Shown: positions 48,817 to 59,097 of the stretch, in pieces
Layout of the letters: each line of letters begins with the position of its first letter
Position numbering within the stretch: position 1 is the stretch's first letter
Position numbers and translations under genes: made by a program
DNA from: Candidatus Pyrohabitans jungbluthii
GTDB taxonomy: Archaea; Hydrothermarchaeota; Hydrothermarchaeia; Hydrothermarchaeales; BMS3B
Length of the DNA stretch: 64,000 nucleotides
NCBI GenBank assembly: GCA_002010065.2
Contig: MTMD02000001.1
Coordinates: 64,001-128,000, forward strand
Reading direction: 5' to 3'
Notes under the pieces: model-generated
Told to the model about the DNA's origin: nothing
Databases searched by the model: none
What the model saw: the letters and a program-made list of their open reading frames with translations, nothing else

Positions 48817-48875
48817 TAAAAGGAGTCATCAGCCCTCAGTAGGCTTTGGTGCAGGTGGACGACTCCATCACCCTC
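48817..48875 (-). promoter_or_regulatory. Fluoride (crcB) riboswitch
   Basis: GGTGATGGAGTC...CACC...AAAGCC-TACTGA-GGGCTGATGACTCCT matches the GAUGGAGU...GCURAUGACUCC consensus and lies directly upstream of crcB. Confidence 0.9.
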
Positions 48876-49011
48876 TCTTCCATCATCTGATAACAGCATA
48901 AATGTTTTTTATTCACTATTTATTACTCAGCCCAATCAGTTTAAGGAATAACCCACAGCACCAACCTCAATATTTTTAACTCCCAAGAGCAATACAAAGC
49001 GTGTGGTGGAT

Positions 49012-50037
49012 ATGAAGACAATTGAGCTTAAAGGCGAAAAGGTTGTAATGATAGACCAGACGCTTCTCCCGCGGGAAGTTAAGCTTATAGAGTGCATCGA
49101 CACAGAGTGCATCGCCGAGGCGATAGAAAACCTGAGAATACGCGGCGCACCCGCGCTGGGCGTTGCCGCCGCCTTCGCCCTCGCCCAGACGGCGCTGAAG
49201 TATGCGAACTCGCCGAGAGAGGTTGTACTTTCCGAGCTGGAGAAGACCTACAAGCGCATAAAGGCTACCCGCCCCACTGCGGTAAACCTGCACCTAGCTC
49301 TCGAGAGGGTTATGAGCAGGGCAAGGGAAAGTGAAAACCCGGCTGAAGCTGCGTATAAAGAGGCTCTCAGGATTTACGATGAGGATTTCGAGGCGAACAA
49401 GAGGCTGGGCGAGTACGGAGCTGAGCTTCTCGAAGATGGCGACGTCGTGCTTACGCACTGCAACACCGGTGCCCTTGCCACAGCCAGCTACGGCACCGCA
49501 TTGGGTGTTATAATCACAGCATGGCATCAGGGCAAGAAGCTTAAGGTGTTTGCCGACGAAACGCGACCACTACTCCAGGGGGCTCGTCTCACAGCCTGGG
49601 AGCTGGTCCAGGAGGATATACCGGTGACGGTTATCACAGACAGCAGCGCCGCCTATGTGATGCGCACCCAGGGGGTGAGCAAGGTTATAGTGGGCGCTGA
49701 CAGAATCGCTGCCAACGGCGATACCGCCAACAAGATAGGAACCTATTCCCTTGCGATACTCGCAAAGGAACACGGGATACCATTCTACGTCGCCGCTCCC
49801 CTCTCAACGATAGACCTGGCGACGCCCAGCGGTGAGCACATACCCGTGGAATACAGGAAGCGCGAGGAGATTGAGTTCTTCAACGGCCAGCGCATTGTGC
49901 CTGCGGAAGCAGAAATACTCAACCCGGCGTTCGACGTTACACCTGCGGAGTACATCTCCGGCATAATAACAGAAGCCGGTGTGCTCACCCCACCCTACGA
50001 GGAGAGCATACGAAGAGCTTTCGAGAGAAAGCGCTAA
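49012..50037 (+). CDS. mtnA: Methylthioribose-1-phosphate isomerase
   Basis: IRGAPALG, RPTAVNL, LTHCNTGALAT and ETRPLLQGARLT motifs. Confidence 0.94.
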   Translation: MKTIELKGEKVVMIDQTLLPREVKLIECIDTECIAEAIENLRIRGAPALGVAAAFALAQTALKYANSPREVVLSELEKTYKRIKATRPTAVNLHLALERVMSRARESENPAEAAYKEALRIYDEDFEANKRLGEYGAELLEDGDVVLTHCNTGALATASYGTALGVIITAWHQGKKLKVFADETRPLLQGARLTAWELVQEDIPVTVITDSSAAYVMRTQGVSKVIVGADRIAANGDTANKIGTYSLAILAKEHGIPFYVAAPLSTIDLATPSGEHIPVEYRKREEIEFFNGQRIVPAEAEILNPAFDVTPAEYISGIITEAGVLTPPYEESIRRAFERKR

Positions 50038-50070
50038 GTTATTTATATAAACCAGGGGTTTAATGCTATT

Positions 50071-51474
50071 ATGCGCCTCTACATCCTTCTTCTGCTGCTT
50101 GTCCCTCTCGCTCATGCAGAAACACAGCTCAGCGCTGTAGAGCACAACATAACCTACTTTCTTGGCAAGGAGAACGTCTCGGTAAAGGAGGACATAATCC
50201 TCAAAAACAGGCCCTTCTCAGTAACCTCGCCCATATATTACTACCTCGGGACAGATGCAGAGAGTATAAGTGTGGAGGTCACCGGCGGGGCTGATTATAA
50301 GATCGACGAGACCTATGGAGGGGTGATATTTAATTTTAGAAATGCCTACGCCACAAAGGTGAAGATTAAGCTACTCTACTCCTATCCCCAAAGCCTGCGC
50401 AGAAGCGATGGGAGTTACCTGCTCGCAGGCGAAGCTCTAAAGCGGGTGTACCCCTGGGGAATTAATGTGGTGAACCTGCGCTTTGTTCTTCCGCCAGGGT
50501 TCACCTTCGGAGAGGTCTCGCCCGAGCCACAGGAGAGGGGAGAGAGCTACCTTCTCTACAGGATAACCTACCTCGATGCTCGCGCATATGAGGGATTCCC
50601 GGTAAGCATCGAATATGCCAACTACCGCGAACTTGCAGAGAAAAGCCTGAGCCTGGCAAAAGCGAGAGAGCATGACACCTTCCTCGCTGTGAAGGACGCA
50701 AACCAGAGCATCGAGAATGCTCGAAGCTACGGGGCAAACCAGTCGCAAGCGTTGGCAAGCTTCAACGAGGCACTTACCCACCTCCAGAACTACTTCCAGC
50801 TTGTGAAGCAGGCAGAGCTTATCCTTGAGAAGAACAGTTATGAGGCTTATAGAAAGGCATCCTCAGCGGTAGAGGAGCTTGAGCTCGCGGGCATAAAGGC
50901 GAGGGAGGCCTACAGCAGAGCGAACTTTGCAATTCAGCTCACCCTTGAGAAGAGGCTTGCTACCTTTGAGGAGAACTTAACTAGCTTGAGCAAAGAGGAG
51001 CCGGAAGTGCAGCGCGTTGTCGTGGTAGAGCAGCCCGCGAAAGGCATAAACCTGTACAAGTACGCCTTTTTTGCTCTTGCAGTGCTCTTTATAATATTCA
51101 TCGCAAGCGAGGCTTACCGCATCCTAACACCAAAAAGCTACCGCAGAAGAAGCAGCGTAAAGGATTTCAGGGTGATTGGCGACCTGAAGAGAAAGACTTT
51201 CAACGGATTTGAGAAGAAGGTGGCTAAGGTCAAGCGGGGCGTTGACCTTGCGCAGGAGATTCGAAACCTGAGAAAACGAAGGGAGAAGCTGAAGCTGGGT
51301 ATAGAGAACGCCCGAAAGAAGTTCACCTCTGGCGAGATAACCGCTGAGCTGTATGAGCTGGAGAGAGGGAAGTTTGAGAGGGAGATAGAGGAGATAGACC
51401 GCAGGATTGCGCTGCTGGAGAAGGAGCTTAGTGAGATTAAGAGGCATGGGCATGAGGAAGGTAAGGCAGATTGA
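50071..51474 (+). CDS. Hypothetical single-pass membrane protein with a cytoplasmic coiled coil
   Basis: Signal peptide, extracellular domain, TM near residue 330 and a coiled-coil tail. Confidence 0.8.
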   Translation: MRLYILLLLLVPLAHAETQLSAVEHNITYFLGKENVSVKEDIILKNRPFSVTSPIYYYLGTDAESISVEVTGGADYKIDETYGGVIFNFRNAYATKVKIKLLYSYPQSLRRSDGSYLLAGEALKRVYPWGINVVNLRFVLPPGFTFGEVSPEPQERGESYLLYRITYLDARAYEGFPVSIEYANYRELAEKSLSLAKAREHDTFLAVKDANQSIENARSYGANQSQALASFNEALTHLQNYFQLVKQAELILEKNSYEAYRKASSAVEELELAGIKAREAYSRANFAIQLTLEKRLATFEENLTSLSKEEPEVQRVVVVEQPAKGINLYKYAFFALAVLFIIFIASEAYRILTPKSYRRRSSVKDFRVIGDLKRKTFNGFEKKVAKVKRGVDLAQEIRNLRKRREKLKLGIENARKKFTSGEITAELYELERGKFEREIEEIDRRIALLEKELSEIKRHGHEEGKAD

Positions 51475-52384
51475 GGTTACCAGTGGAATGAGCGTTGACG
51501 AACTCATGCGCCAGTACAGCGAGGCTGGCGTGCTCGGAGCTGGCGCTTTGGGTAGGGCATGCGACATCCTGGAGGAGATGGTCAGAGCAAGGGCGACCAT
51601 ATTCCTGGGCTTAGCCGGACCCCTCATCGCCGCAGGGATGAGGAACATAGTTACTGAGCTTATAAAAATGGGTGCAGTAAGCGCCATCGTAACCAACGGA
51701 GCAAATGTTGTGCACGACGTCCTCGAAGCAATAGGCGGTGCGCACTACGTGGGCAGCTTTCGCAGCGACGACGCACAGCTGCACAGCGCTGAGATGGGCA
51801 GGATAGGCAACGTCTACACCCGGGTTAAAGACTTTGTTGCCTTTGAGGATTACGTCCAGGAGCTTCTCTCTGGTATCCCCGAAGAGAGGAGGAAGAACCT
51901 CTCAATAAGGGAGCTGCTCTCAGAGATAGGGAAGAGCATAAGCGACGCTAACTCGTTCCTCAGGGCTGCATATGAGCGGCGCATACCCGTGTTCTCCCCG
52001 GCGGTGGTGGATTCAATGCTGGGGTTGCAGCTTTTCTTCTTCGCAGAGAGGAACCACATTGTGTTAAACGCTGTTAAGGATATGAAGGAGCTTGCCCAGA
52101 TGGTTTTCGACGCCTCCGAGGTGGGGGCACTCTTCCTCGGTGGAGGCGTGCCCAAGCATTACATACTGGGAGCTAACTTGCTTCGCGGCGGTATAGACTA
52201 CGGGATTCAGGTTACGATGGACCGCGAAGAATCCGGCTCGCTAAGCGGTGCAAAGCTGGAGGAGGGGATAAGCTGGGGCAAGACAAGAGAGGAAGGCAAG
52301 GTGGTGACGGTGGTGGGCGACGTAACGATAATCTTCCCTCTGCTGGTGGCGAGCCTTAAAGAACGCCTGGGAGGCAGGGAATGA
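51452..52384 (+). CDS. dys: Deoxyhypusine synthase
   Basis: TNGANVVHD, GGGVPKH and GSLSGA..EGISWGK motifs. Confidence 0.95.
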   Translation: MRKVRQIEVTSGMSVDELMRQYSEAGVLGAGALGRACDILEEMVRARATIFLGLAGPLIAAGMRNIVTELIKMGAVSAIVTNGANVVHDVLEAIGGAHYVGSFRSDDAQLHSAEMGRIGNVYTRVKDFVAFEDYVQELLSGIPEERRKNLSIRELLSEIGKSISDANSFLRAAYERRIPVFSPAVVDSMLGLQLFFFAERNHIVLNAVKDMKELAQMVFDASEVGALFLGGGVPKHYILGANLLRGGIDYGIQVTMDREESGSLSGAKLEEGISWGKTREEGKVVTVVGDVTIIFPLLVASLKERLGGRE

Positions 52385-53037
52385 GGCTGCAAAGGGAGCA
52401 CGGGCTCATTTTAGCTCTGGATGTAACCTCGCGCACAAAAGCGCTCAGCGTTGCGGAGAGCGTGGTGGATTACATAGACGCGGTGAAGGTGGGCTACCCT
52501 CTGGTGCTCTCCTGCGGTCTCGAGATTATAAGCGAGCTTAGCGATTTGGGCAAGCCTGTAATCGCAGATTTTAAAGTGGCTGACATACCCTATACCTCAC
52601 GCCTCATCTGCGAGCAGGCGAAGCAGGCGGGAGCAAGCTTTGCAATCGTCCACGGCTTTGTGGGCGAAGACGTGGTCAAAGCATGCGCTGAGGTGCTCGA
52701 CATCTTCATCGTGGCGGAGATGAGCCATCCTGGGGCAAAGGAGTTCATTCAACCTGTCGCAGAGAGGATAGCGGAGCTTGCAAGAAGTTACGCCTTTGGG
52801 ATAGTTGCTCCCGCTACAAGGCCAGAGAGAATTGCGAGGCTGCGCTCTATTGTGGGAGAGCTTGTTATAATTTCCCCTGGCGTTAAGGCGCAGGGCGCTC
52901 GTCCAGGAGATGCGATACGCGCGGGCGCTGACTTCGAGATCGTCGGGAGAGGAATTTACGCCTCTGCTGAGCCACGCAGAAGCGCTGCGGAAATTGCGGC
53001 CGAGCTTAAGGCAGCGATGAAGGAGCACGAAGGTTAG
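52381..53037 (+). CDS. pyrF: Orotidine-5'-phosphate decarboxylase
   Basis: DFKVADIP, EMSHPGA and SPGV.AQG motifs. Confidence 0.97.
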   Translation: MRLQREHGLILALDVTSRTKALSVAESVVDYIDAVKVGYPLVLSCGLEIISELSDLGKPVIADFKVADIPYTSRLICEQAKQAGASFAIVHGFVGEDVVKACAEVLDIFIVAEMSHPGAKEFIQPVAERIAELARSYAFGIVAPATRPERIARLRSIVGELVIISPGVKAQGARPGDAIRAGADFEIVGRGIYASAEPRRSAAEIAAELKAAMKEHEG

Positions 53038-53660
53038 CCTGACTCGAGCATAGCCGCGAAGTAGAGGAGCACAAGGATTAAAAGCATGCCAAGCGCATAT
53101 CCGGGTTTGCGAACGAGTGCGCGGATTTCCCTTTCAAAGGTTTCAACATCCCCGCGCATTGCCACGCCTCTTAGCTTGTTGGCTATTGCCAAGCCCAGCG
53201 CAATGCTGCCGAGCATTGCTGGTATCTCTAAAAGGGCGTGGGGCATTAGATAGGAGATAAACTGAGAAATACCCTCGGGGGCAAAACTCCAGAAAAATGC
53301 GCTTATCGCAGTGAGGTTGGCAAAGAGGCTCAGCAAAGGGACAAAGTACAGGTAGAAGAGGCAAGCTCTGAGTGGCGAGGCTATGCGAAAGGTGGCAAAT
53401 CGGGAGAGCACTGCGTAAAGCGGCTCTGTCAGCCTGTCCAGCATCGAGTATGTTTTTTCAGAGGTTCGCCTGTAAATCAGCAGTTCAAGATAGCTTAAAA
53501 TAGTGCCCAGATAAACTGTAACAATGGCGGCTAGCGCATTTTTAAAGAATATGCTGCCAGCAAACGTTGCAGGAATGGCGAAAAGCACATAGGTATAACT
53601 CTTGAGCAGATAACCTGCGAGCACAGCAATTACAACGAGCGCAGCAATGCTTTTCCTCAT
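53034..53660 (-). CDS. SpoIIM-like membrane protein
   Basis: PHALLEIPA and AAMLES motifs. Confidence 0.8.
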   Translation of the reverse strand: MRKSIAALVVIAVLAGYLLKSYTYVLFAIPATFAGSIFFKNALAAIVTVYLGTILSYLELLIYRRTSEKTYSMLDRLTEPLYAVLSRFATFRIASPLRACLFYLYFVPLLSLFANLTAISAFFWSFAPEGISQFISYLMPHALLEIPAMLGSIALGLAIANKLRGVAMRGDVETFEREIRALVRKPGYALGMLLILVLLYFAAMLESG

Positions 53661-53950
53661 TTCAACAGCGCAAAGAAGAGCTTCCCCTTTTCCGTGATCT
53701 TAATAAACCTACGCGGTCTATCGCCGCGCAGCTTTGTCTCCCTCACCTTAACGAGACCCTTCTTTTTAGCCTCGTCCAGCGTGGCGTCTATCTCCTCACG
53801 AGGCTTGCCCAGCGCCTTTGCTAAGCGAATCTGGCACACCTCGTCGTAGGCACACAGGTTCAGCCCGAGCATTCTACACTTACCGCATATGTCGTCCTCT
53901 TTTATGGGCAGAACCTCAGAAGCAGGGATAAAGCTTATTTTTGTCTTCAT
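53657..53950 (-). CDS. Hypothetical Cys-rich/wHTH protein
   Basis: CGKC...C...C followed by an HTH-like segment ending ITEKGK. Confidence 0.7.
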   Translation of the reverse strand: MKTKISFIPASEVLPIKEDDICGKCRMLGLNLCAYDEVCQIRLAKALGKPREEIDATLDEAKKKGLVKVRETKLRGDRPRRFIKITEKGKLFFALLK

Positions 53951-54001
53951 CTTCCTACCTGAATTAAGTTCTGTTTTTCCAGCTATTTAAAATTTCGCTG
54001 C

Positions 54002-54823
54002 TCAGCCCCTCAGAATCTTTACTATCTCCCCATGCATCTCCATGCTGTGCGCTGCCACTATATTAAGCCTCTCTATCCTCAAAAGTGACGCTTCGAGAGG
54101 AGCGCCCTGCATGTTGGTGACAGCGCCGCCCGCTTCTTCCACCACAAGCTTAGCCGCGGCTATGTCGATGTTGCGCAGATATGTACGCACGTCAACGAAG
54201 GCGTCAAAATCTCCTCTAGCAACGTGGCACAGCTCCAGAGCAGCGCTGCCCAGGGTGCGCACCCGCTTTATGCGCTTGAGCAGAGGCATAAGCGTCCCAA
54301 CGCTTTGTGGCGTGGAATAGATGCAAACAGTGGCTTTGCTCAGCTTTCTTGCTTCTACGCTTCTTATCCTCCGCCCATTATACCACGCCCCCTTCCCGCG
54401 CTCTGCCGTGAATTCATCCCCAGAGTAGAGGTTGAGCACATATGCAACGCTCACATCAGCGAGACTCGCACCCTCGCGATAGGGTGCAAAGGCAATGGAA
54501 AGGGCGTAGAAGGGCAAGTTGTGAAGCGCATTGTAGGAGCCGTCGATCGGGTCAACCACGGCGATGTACTCTGGCTCCTCTGTAAGAGCCACGCTGCCTG
54601 CTTCCTCACTGAGCACAAAGAAGGCTTCTTTCTCGCTGAGACGCTTCATCACCACATTTTCAGCTATCTTATCTATCGCCTCTGTGGGCGTGCCATCTGC
54701 GCCAATACCAACCTCACGAGAAGCTTCACCGCTCTCAAGCGCCTCTCTCACTACGCTGCGCAGCTCTGCGCCCACCTTACGGGCAAGATTAAGCAGATTC
54801 ACGAGCTTAGATTGGTGGCGCAC
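54002..54823 (-). CDS. suhB: Inositol monophosphatase / FBPase family protein
   Basis: SEE, VDPIDGS, GSAALELC and DIAAA motifs. Start uncertain. Confidence 0.9.
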   Translation of the reverse strand: MRHQSKLVNLLNLARKVGAELRSVVREALESGEASREVGIGADGTPTEAIDKIAENVVMKRLSEKEAFFVLSEEAGSVALTEEPEYIAVVDPIDGSYNALHNLPFYALSIAFAPYREGASLADVSVAYVLNLYSGDEFTAERGKGAWYNGRRIRSVEARKLSKATVCIYSTPQSVGTLMPLLKRIKRVRTLGSAALELCHVARGDFDAFVDVRTYLRNIDIAAAKLVVEEAGGAVTNMQGAPLEASLLRIERLNIVAAHSMEMHGEIVKILRG

Positions 54824-54909
54824 TTTATAATTTTTAGCCCGGAAGCACCTGCTCATGGTGAACCTGCGCAAAGTTTAAATATCCCCACGGTGAACTCATA
54901 ATCCTCTAA

Positions 54910-55143
<234 letters not shown>

Positions 55144-55231
55144 AATTCTGGTAAACAAGGGGCTTATAGAATAAAAAGAAGGTAGCTGGTTTTGCTCTGA
55201 TAGCTATGCTAATAAATTAAAATGGGGTAAA

Positions 55232-55411
55232 TCACCCCTTATAGAAACATGTCCCCGCAAGGAAGTGCTCGCAGGTGCGCCAGACCTCGCGGGTTCGCCA
55301 GCCGTGTTCGCATACGTGGTATATACAGCACATTCTGCACGAGTCGCGCTCACGCTGGCAGTTGACCTTTGCGTAGTCCTCATCGTTAGCGGTGCATAGC
55401 AGCTTTTCCAT
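55232..55411 (-). CDS. Small 8-Cys protein (59 aa)
   Basis: Not in the ORF track: MEKLLCTANDEDYAKVNCQRERDSCRMCCIYHVCEHGWRTREVWRTCEHFLAGTCFYKG. AAGGAGG RBS; starts 3 nt after the DUF35 stop. Confidence 0.72.
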   Translation of the reverse strand: MEKLLCTANDEDYAKVNCQRERDSCRMCCIYHVCEHGWRTREVWRTCEHFLAGTCFYKG

Positions 55412-55414
55412 TTC

Positions 55415-55819
55415 TCACTCCTCCTTAGCTGGTCTGAATTTGAAGCCGTAGTAGATTAAGCCTGCCTCTCCATCCTCCTGAATCTTCCTGAATACGCTCT
55501 CCACGCGCATTCCTATCTCAACCTCTTCCGGACTAACGTCAACTATCTGCGTTGTCACCATCACACCCTCGTCGAGCTTCACCAGCGCCATTACATAGGG
55601 CGCCTGCCTCTCAAAGCCCTCTGGAGGCGTGCGAATTACAGTGTAGCTCACCACCTCGCCCTTGCCACTGAGCTGAACCTCCTCAAGCTCGCCTCTTCTG
55701 CGGCAGTTTGGGCAGAAGTTGCGCGGGGGAAAGTATATCTCGCCGCAGCGCGTGCAGCGCTTACCTATGAGATTGTACCTGCTCTTCATGTTGCGCCAGA
55801 AGCGTGGTATGCTGCTCAT
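55415..55819 (-). CDS. DUF35 Zn-ribbon/OB-fold thiolase partner
   Basis: CTRCG.IYFPPR.FCPNC and YGFKF motifs. Confidence 0.93.
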   Translation of the reverse strand: MSSIPRFWRNMKSRYNLIGKRCTRCGEIYFPPRNFCPNCRRRGELEEVQLSGKGEVVSYTVIRTPPEGFERQAPYVMALVKLDEGVMVTTQIVDVSPEEVEIGMRVESVFRKIQEDGEAGLIYYGFKFRPAKEE

Positions 55820-55828
55820 TATATCACC

Positions 55829-56983
55829 TCACTTCTCAAGGATATGAACCACCGCTGTGCCGCCGCTCCCACCAACGTTGTGAGTCAAGCCCACGTCTGC
55901 ATCAACCTGGCGCTTGCCTGCTTCGCCTCTGAGCTGTAGCACAATCTCCACCACCTGCGCAACGCCTGTCGCACCCACAGGATGCCCCTTTGCCTTAAGC
56001 CCGCCGGAGGTGTTCACAGGTATACGCCCGCCTATGGCGGTTTCTCCCTCCTCTGTGGCCTTGCCTCCCTTGCCAATTTCCACGAAACCCAGCCCTTCAA
56101 TGGCAAGAATCTCACCTATTGTAAAAGCGTCGTGAACCTCCGCAACCTGAATATCGCGTGGCTCGCGCTTTGCCCTCGCGTAGGCTTCTTTGGCGGCGTT
56201 AACCGTGGCGTCAGTGACGGTTATCTTCTTCCTGTCGTGGAGCGCGATTGTGCTCGAGGCTTGGCCGCTGCCAGTGATGTAAACAGGGTTGTCCACAAAT
56301 TCGCGCGCCTTCTCCTCGCTAGCTAAAACAACGCACGCGGCGCCGTCGGTTATAGGAGAGCAGTCCAGCAGACGCAGAGGGTCGGCGACGAGAGGCGAGC
56401 GCAGCACATCTTCGACGGTAATCTTGGAGTGGAACTGCGCATAGGGGTTGTGTATGGCATTCTCGTGGTTCTTCACTGCCACCATGGCGAGCTGCTCTCT
56501 GGTTGTGCCGTACTCATGCATATGCCGCCTTGCGATGAGCGCATATAAGCCAGGGAAGGTCATCCCCATGAAGGCCTCCCACTCGCTGTCGCTGGCTGTA
56601 GCTAGAGTCTGAGTGGTCTTCTCAGTAACCACATCGGTCATCTTTTCTACGCCTCCCACAACCACGATGTCGTGGAAGCCTGAAAGTATGGACATAACTC
56701 CCTGGCGTATCGCTAATCCGCCTGAGGCGCACGCAGCTTCGACACGCGTCGCAGGAATTGGCGTTAAGCCAGCGTGGTCAGCAATTAAGCAGGAGATGTG
56801 CTCCTGATCCACGAAGCGCCCGCCTGACATGTTGCCCACGTAGATCGCCTCGACATCTTTGCCATCTATGCCAGCGTCATTAATCGCCATAGCGCCAGCT
56901 TCAACAAACAGCTGGGAGAAGCTGGTCTCCCAGAGTTCACCGAACTTTGTCAGCCCTACCCCTATAACAGCAACTCTCTTCAT
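55829..56983 (-). CDS. Acetoacetyl-CoA thiolase
   Basis: EAACASG, EVHDAF and KGHPVGATG motifs. Confidence 0.95.
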   Translation of the reverse strand: MKRVAVIGVGLTKFGELWETSFSQLFVEAGAMAINDAGIDGKDVEAIYVGNMSGGRFVDQEHISCLIADHAGLTPIPATRVEAACASGGLAIRQGVMSILSGFHDIVVVGGVEKMTDVVTEKTTQTLATASDSEWEAFMGMTFPGLYALIARRHMHEYGTTREQLAMVAVKNHENAIHNPYAQFHSKITVEDVLRSPLVADPLRLLDCSPITDGAACVVLASEEKAREFVDNPVYITGSGQASSTIALHDRKKITVTDATVNAAKEAYARAKREPRDIQVAEVHDAFTIGEILAIEGLGFVEIGKGGKATEEGETAIGGRIPVNTSGGLKAKGHPVGATGVAQVVEIVLQLRGEAGKRQVDADVGLTHNVGGSGGTAVVHILEK

Positions 56984-56986
56984 ACT

Positions 56987-58027
56987 CTACACCTTTATCT
57001 TCTTCCTGAGCTTTACATATGTCGCGTAGTCAATGTACTCCTTGCGTGCGATGAATTCCTCAACGCCCGGCGCCAGGCTTCGCTTCTCCTCTATCGCGTC
57101 CTCGACCACTACGGCGAAGGCATCGCTGCCTGCGCCTGAACCGAAGGAGGTTACCAGGATTCTATCCCCTGGCTTTGCTATATCCAGCACCTTCGCAAAC
57201 CCGAGCAGGGAAGAACCTGAGTAGGTGTTGCCTATCCTGTCCACGAGTATACCTGGCTCCACCTGCTCAGAGGTGAAGCCCAGCTTCTTCGCCACAACGC
57301 GGGGAAACTTACCGTTGGGCTGGTGGAAAACGGCGTAATCAAAATCCTTGGGCTCGAGTCCAAGCTGTGCCATAAGCCCATGGGCAGCGCTGTAAACGTG
57401 CTTGAAGTAAGCGGGCAAACCCGTGAAACGCCCTCCATGTCGGGGGTATGCCTGCCCCTCGCGACGCCAGAAGTCGGGCGTATCTGTGGTGTAGGAGTAG
57501 GTAGCCTCTATGCTCGCAACAAGCTTATCCCTGCCTATAACGAATGCAGCACCACCAGCGGCGGCGGTGTACTCGAGTGGATCTCCCGGCGCTCCCTGCG
57601 CAGTGTCGGCACCTATGGCCAAGCCGTAGTCTATCATGCCAGAAGCAACAAGACCCATGCACGTCTGCACGCCGGCGGTGCCAGCCTTGCATGCGAACTC
57701 ATAGTCGGCGGCGGTTAGGTCAGGCGTAGCCTGTATCGCCGCCGCAACAATAGTTGCAGTCGGCTTAACCACATATGGGTGGCTCTCCGAGCCGACGTAT
57801 ATCGCCCCTAGCTTCTTAGCATCTATCTGCGCTCGCTTTAGCGCATTTCGCGCAGCTTCTACGGCGATAGTGGCGGCATCTTCATCCAGGGCTGGGACAG
57901 CCTTCTCGGCAATCTTGAGAGAGGCTTTTATAACCTCGGCGTTGCCACCCCAAACTCGGGCTATCTCCTCAACCTTTATCCTGTACCTTGGGATGTAAAC
58001 CCCATAACCTGTAATACCAACCTTCAC
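56987..58027 (-). CDS. Hydroxymethylglutaryl-CoA synthase
   Basis: [16 protein letters not shown] and SFGSGAGS motifs. Confidence 0.95.
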   Translation of the reverse strand: MKVGITGYGVYIPRYRIKVEEIARVWGGNAEVIKASLKIAEKAVPALDEDAATIAVEAARNALKRAQIDAKKLGAIYVGSESHPYVVKPTATIVAAAIQATPDLTAADYEFACKAGTAGVQTCMGLVASGMIDYGLAIGADTAQGAPGDPLEYTAAAGGAAFVIGRDKLVASIEATYSYTTDTPDFWRREGQAYPRHGGRFTGLPAYFKHVYSAAHGLMAQLGLEPKDFDYAVFHQPNGKFPRVVAKKLGFTSEQVEPGILVDRIGNTYSGSSLLGFAKVLDIAKPGDRILVTSFGSGAGSDAFAVVVEDAIEEKRSLAPGVEEFIARKEYIDYATYVKLRKKIKV

Positions 58028-58041
58028 GCTGCCTCACCTTC

Positions 58042-58749
58042 TCAGCTTGTCTTTCTTCTAAGCTCTCTTATTAACTCATCGCTGCTCTCATGATGGGAGA
58101 GTATCACGGGTATGCGCTCCTTCTCGGCTATTTTAACGCCCAGCGCGTCGACGCTCTTCAGCCCGTGGAGCACTACCACGCCTGGCTTTATTGTGGATAC
58201 GCGTATTGCTATGAAGGGCGACCTGCCGCTGCTAACGCGGGTAAACACCAGCGCCCGCTCAGAGGTTAGCCCGTATATCTTCAGGAACTCTTCCGCTGAA
58301 AGCTCGAGTATAGCGCGGGGAGAGTCGAGGACTGTGTAGCCGTAGATGTACTTGTCCAGAAGCTCTTTGTTGGCGACCACCTCGCCCGCTACCACATCTA
58401 CGAGTTGAGAAGCGCGCATAGGCGTGGCAAACTCGCGTATGTCGAGAATTGCGTCGGTTTTAATTTCGTTGCCCAGCATGCGCTCATACGCGCGGAGCAC
58501 CTTGGAGCCGCGCTGCTCGTCAAGCGTAACAAGTGCCTCCACTATGCGCTTCACCACCGCTACGCCAGGAGAACGGCGACGCCCGCTCTCATAGTCGCTT
58601 ATTACAGAGGTACTGACCCCGAGTGCCTCTGCAAGCTCCTTCTGGGTGACGCCAAACACTTCGCGCCACTTCTTTAGGGTCATCGCCGGCTTTGAGGAGA
58701 GCACTACCTCGCCAGCGATTTTCACAGAAAGTTCCTCGCGCACACCCAT
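58042..58749 (-). CDS. XRE-HTH transcriptional regulator (COG1709-like)
   Basis: KKWREVFGVTQ...VISDYESGRR and GRSPFIAIRV motifs. Confidence 0.9.
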   Translation of the reverse strand: MGVREELSVKIAGEVVLSSKPAMTLKKWREVFGVTQKELAEALGVSTSVISDYESGRRRSPGVAVVKRIVEALVTLDEQRGSKVLRAYERMLGNEIKTDAILDIREFATPMRASQLVDVVAGEVVANKELLDKYIYGYTVLDSPRAILELSAEEFLKIYGLTSERALVFTRVSSGRSPFIAIRVSTIKPGVVVLHGLKSVDALGVKIAEKERIPVILSHHESSDELIRELRRKTS

Positions 58750-58887
58750 GTCATCGCCTTGCTTTCATTGCTCATTCGCCTATATAACAATTTCGGCAAA
58801 AGGAATATGCTAGAACGGCGATTGCCTTACTTGCAGAAAATGAGGGTTATATTTATGTTGTTAACTTTCAAGATTTTTCAGCTTTTC

Positions 58888-58961
58888 GGGGCTGTAGGGT
58901 AGCCTGGTCATCCTCGCGGCTTCGGGAGCCGTGGACCCCAGTTCAAATCTGGGCAGCCCCA
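58888..58961 (+). tRNA. tRNA-Pro(CGG)
   Basis: GGGGCTG...CAGCCCC-A; anticodon arm GCGGC-TTCGGGA-GCCGT. Confidence 0.97.
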
Positions 58962-58964
58962 TCC

Positions 58965-59097
58965 AGGGGAGGGGAATACCCCTCCCCTTAGGTTAACCCC
59001 ACCCCGACAGGGATACGTGGGAAAATCACTATGGAAACATGGCGGTATCGTAAGATAGTCTCGTCATGCAACCCGAGAGCAACTGACCGCACTGCCC
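58965..59097 (+). ncRNA. Candidate structured RNA downstream of tRNA-Pro
   Basis: Perfect 10-bp hairpin followed by three stems capped by GNRA tetraloops (GACA, GAAA, GTAA). Confidence 0.45.

Noticed and set aside
58962-59097. HDV-like ribozyme, Moco riboswitch, RNase P RNA or SRP RNA
   Set aside because: I could not fit the diagnostic pseudoknot or consensus motifs by eye; kept only as an unclassified candidate RNA.
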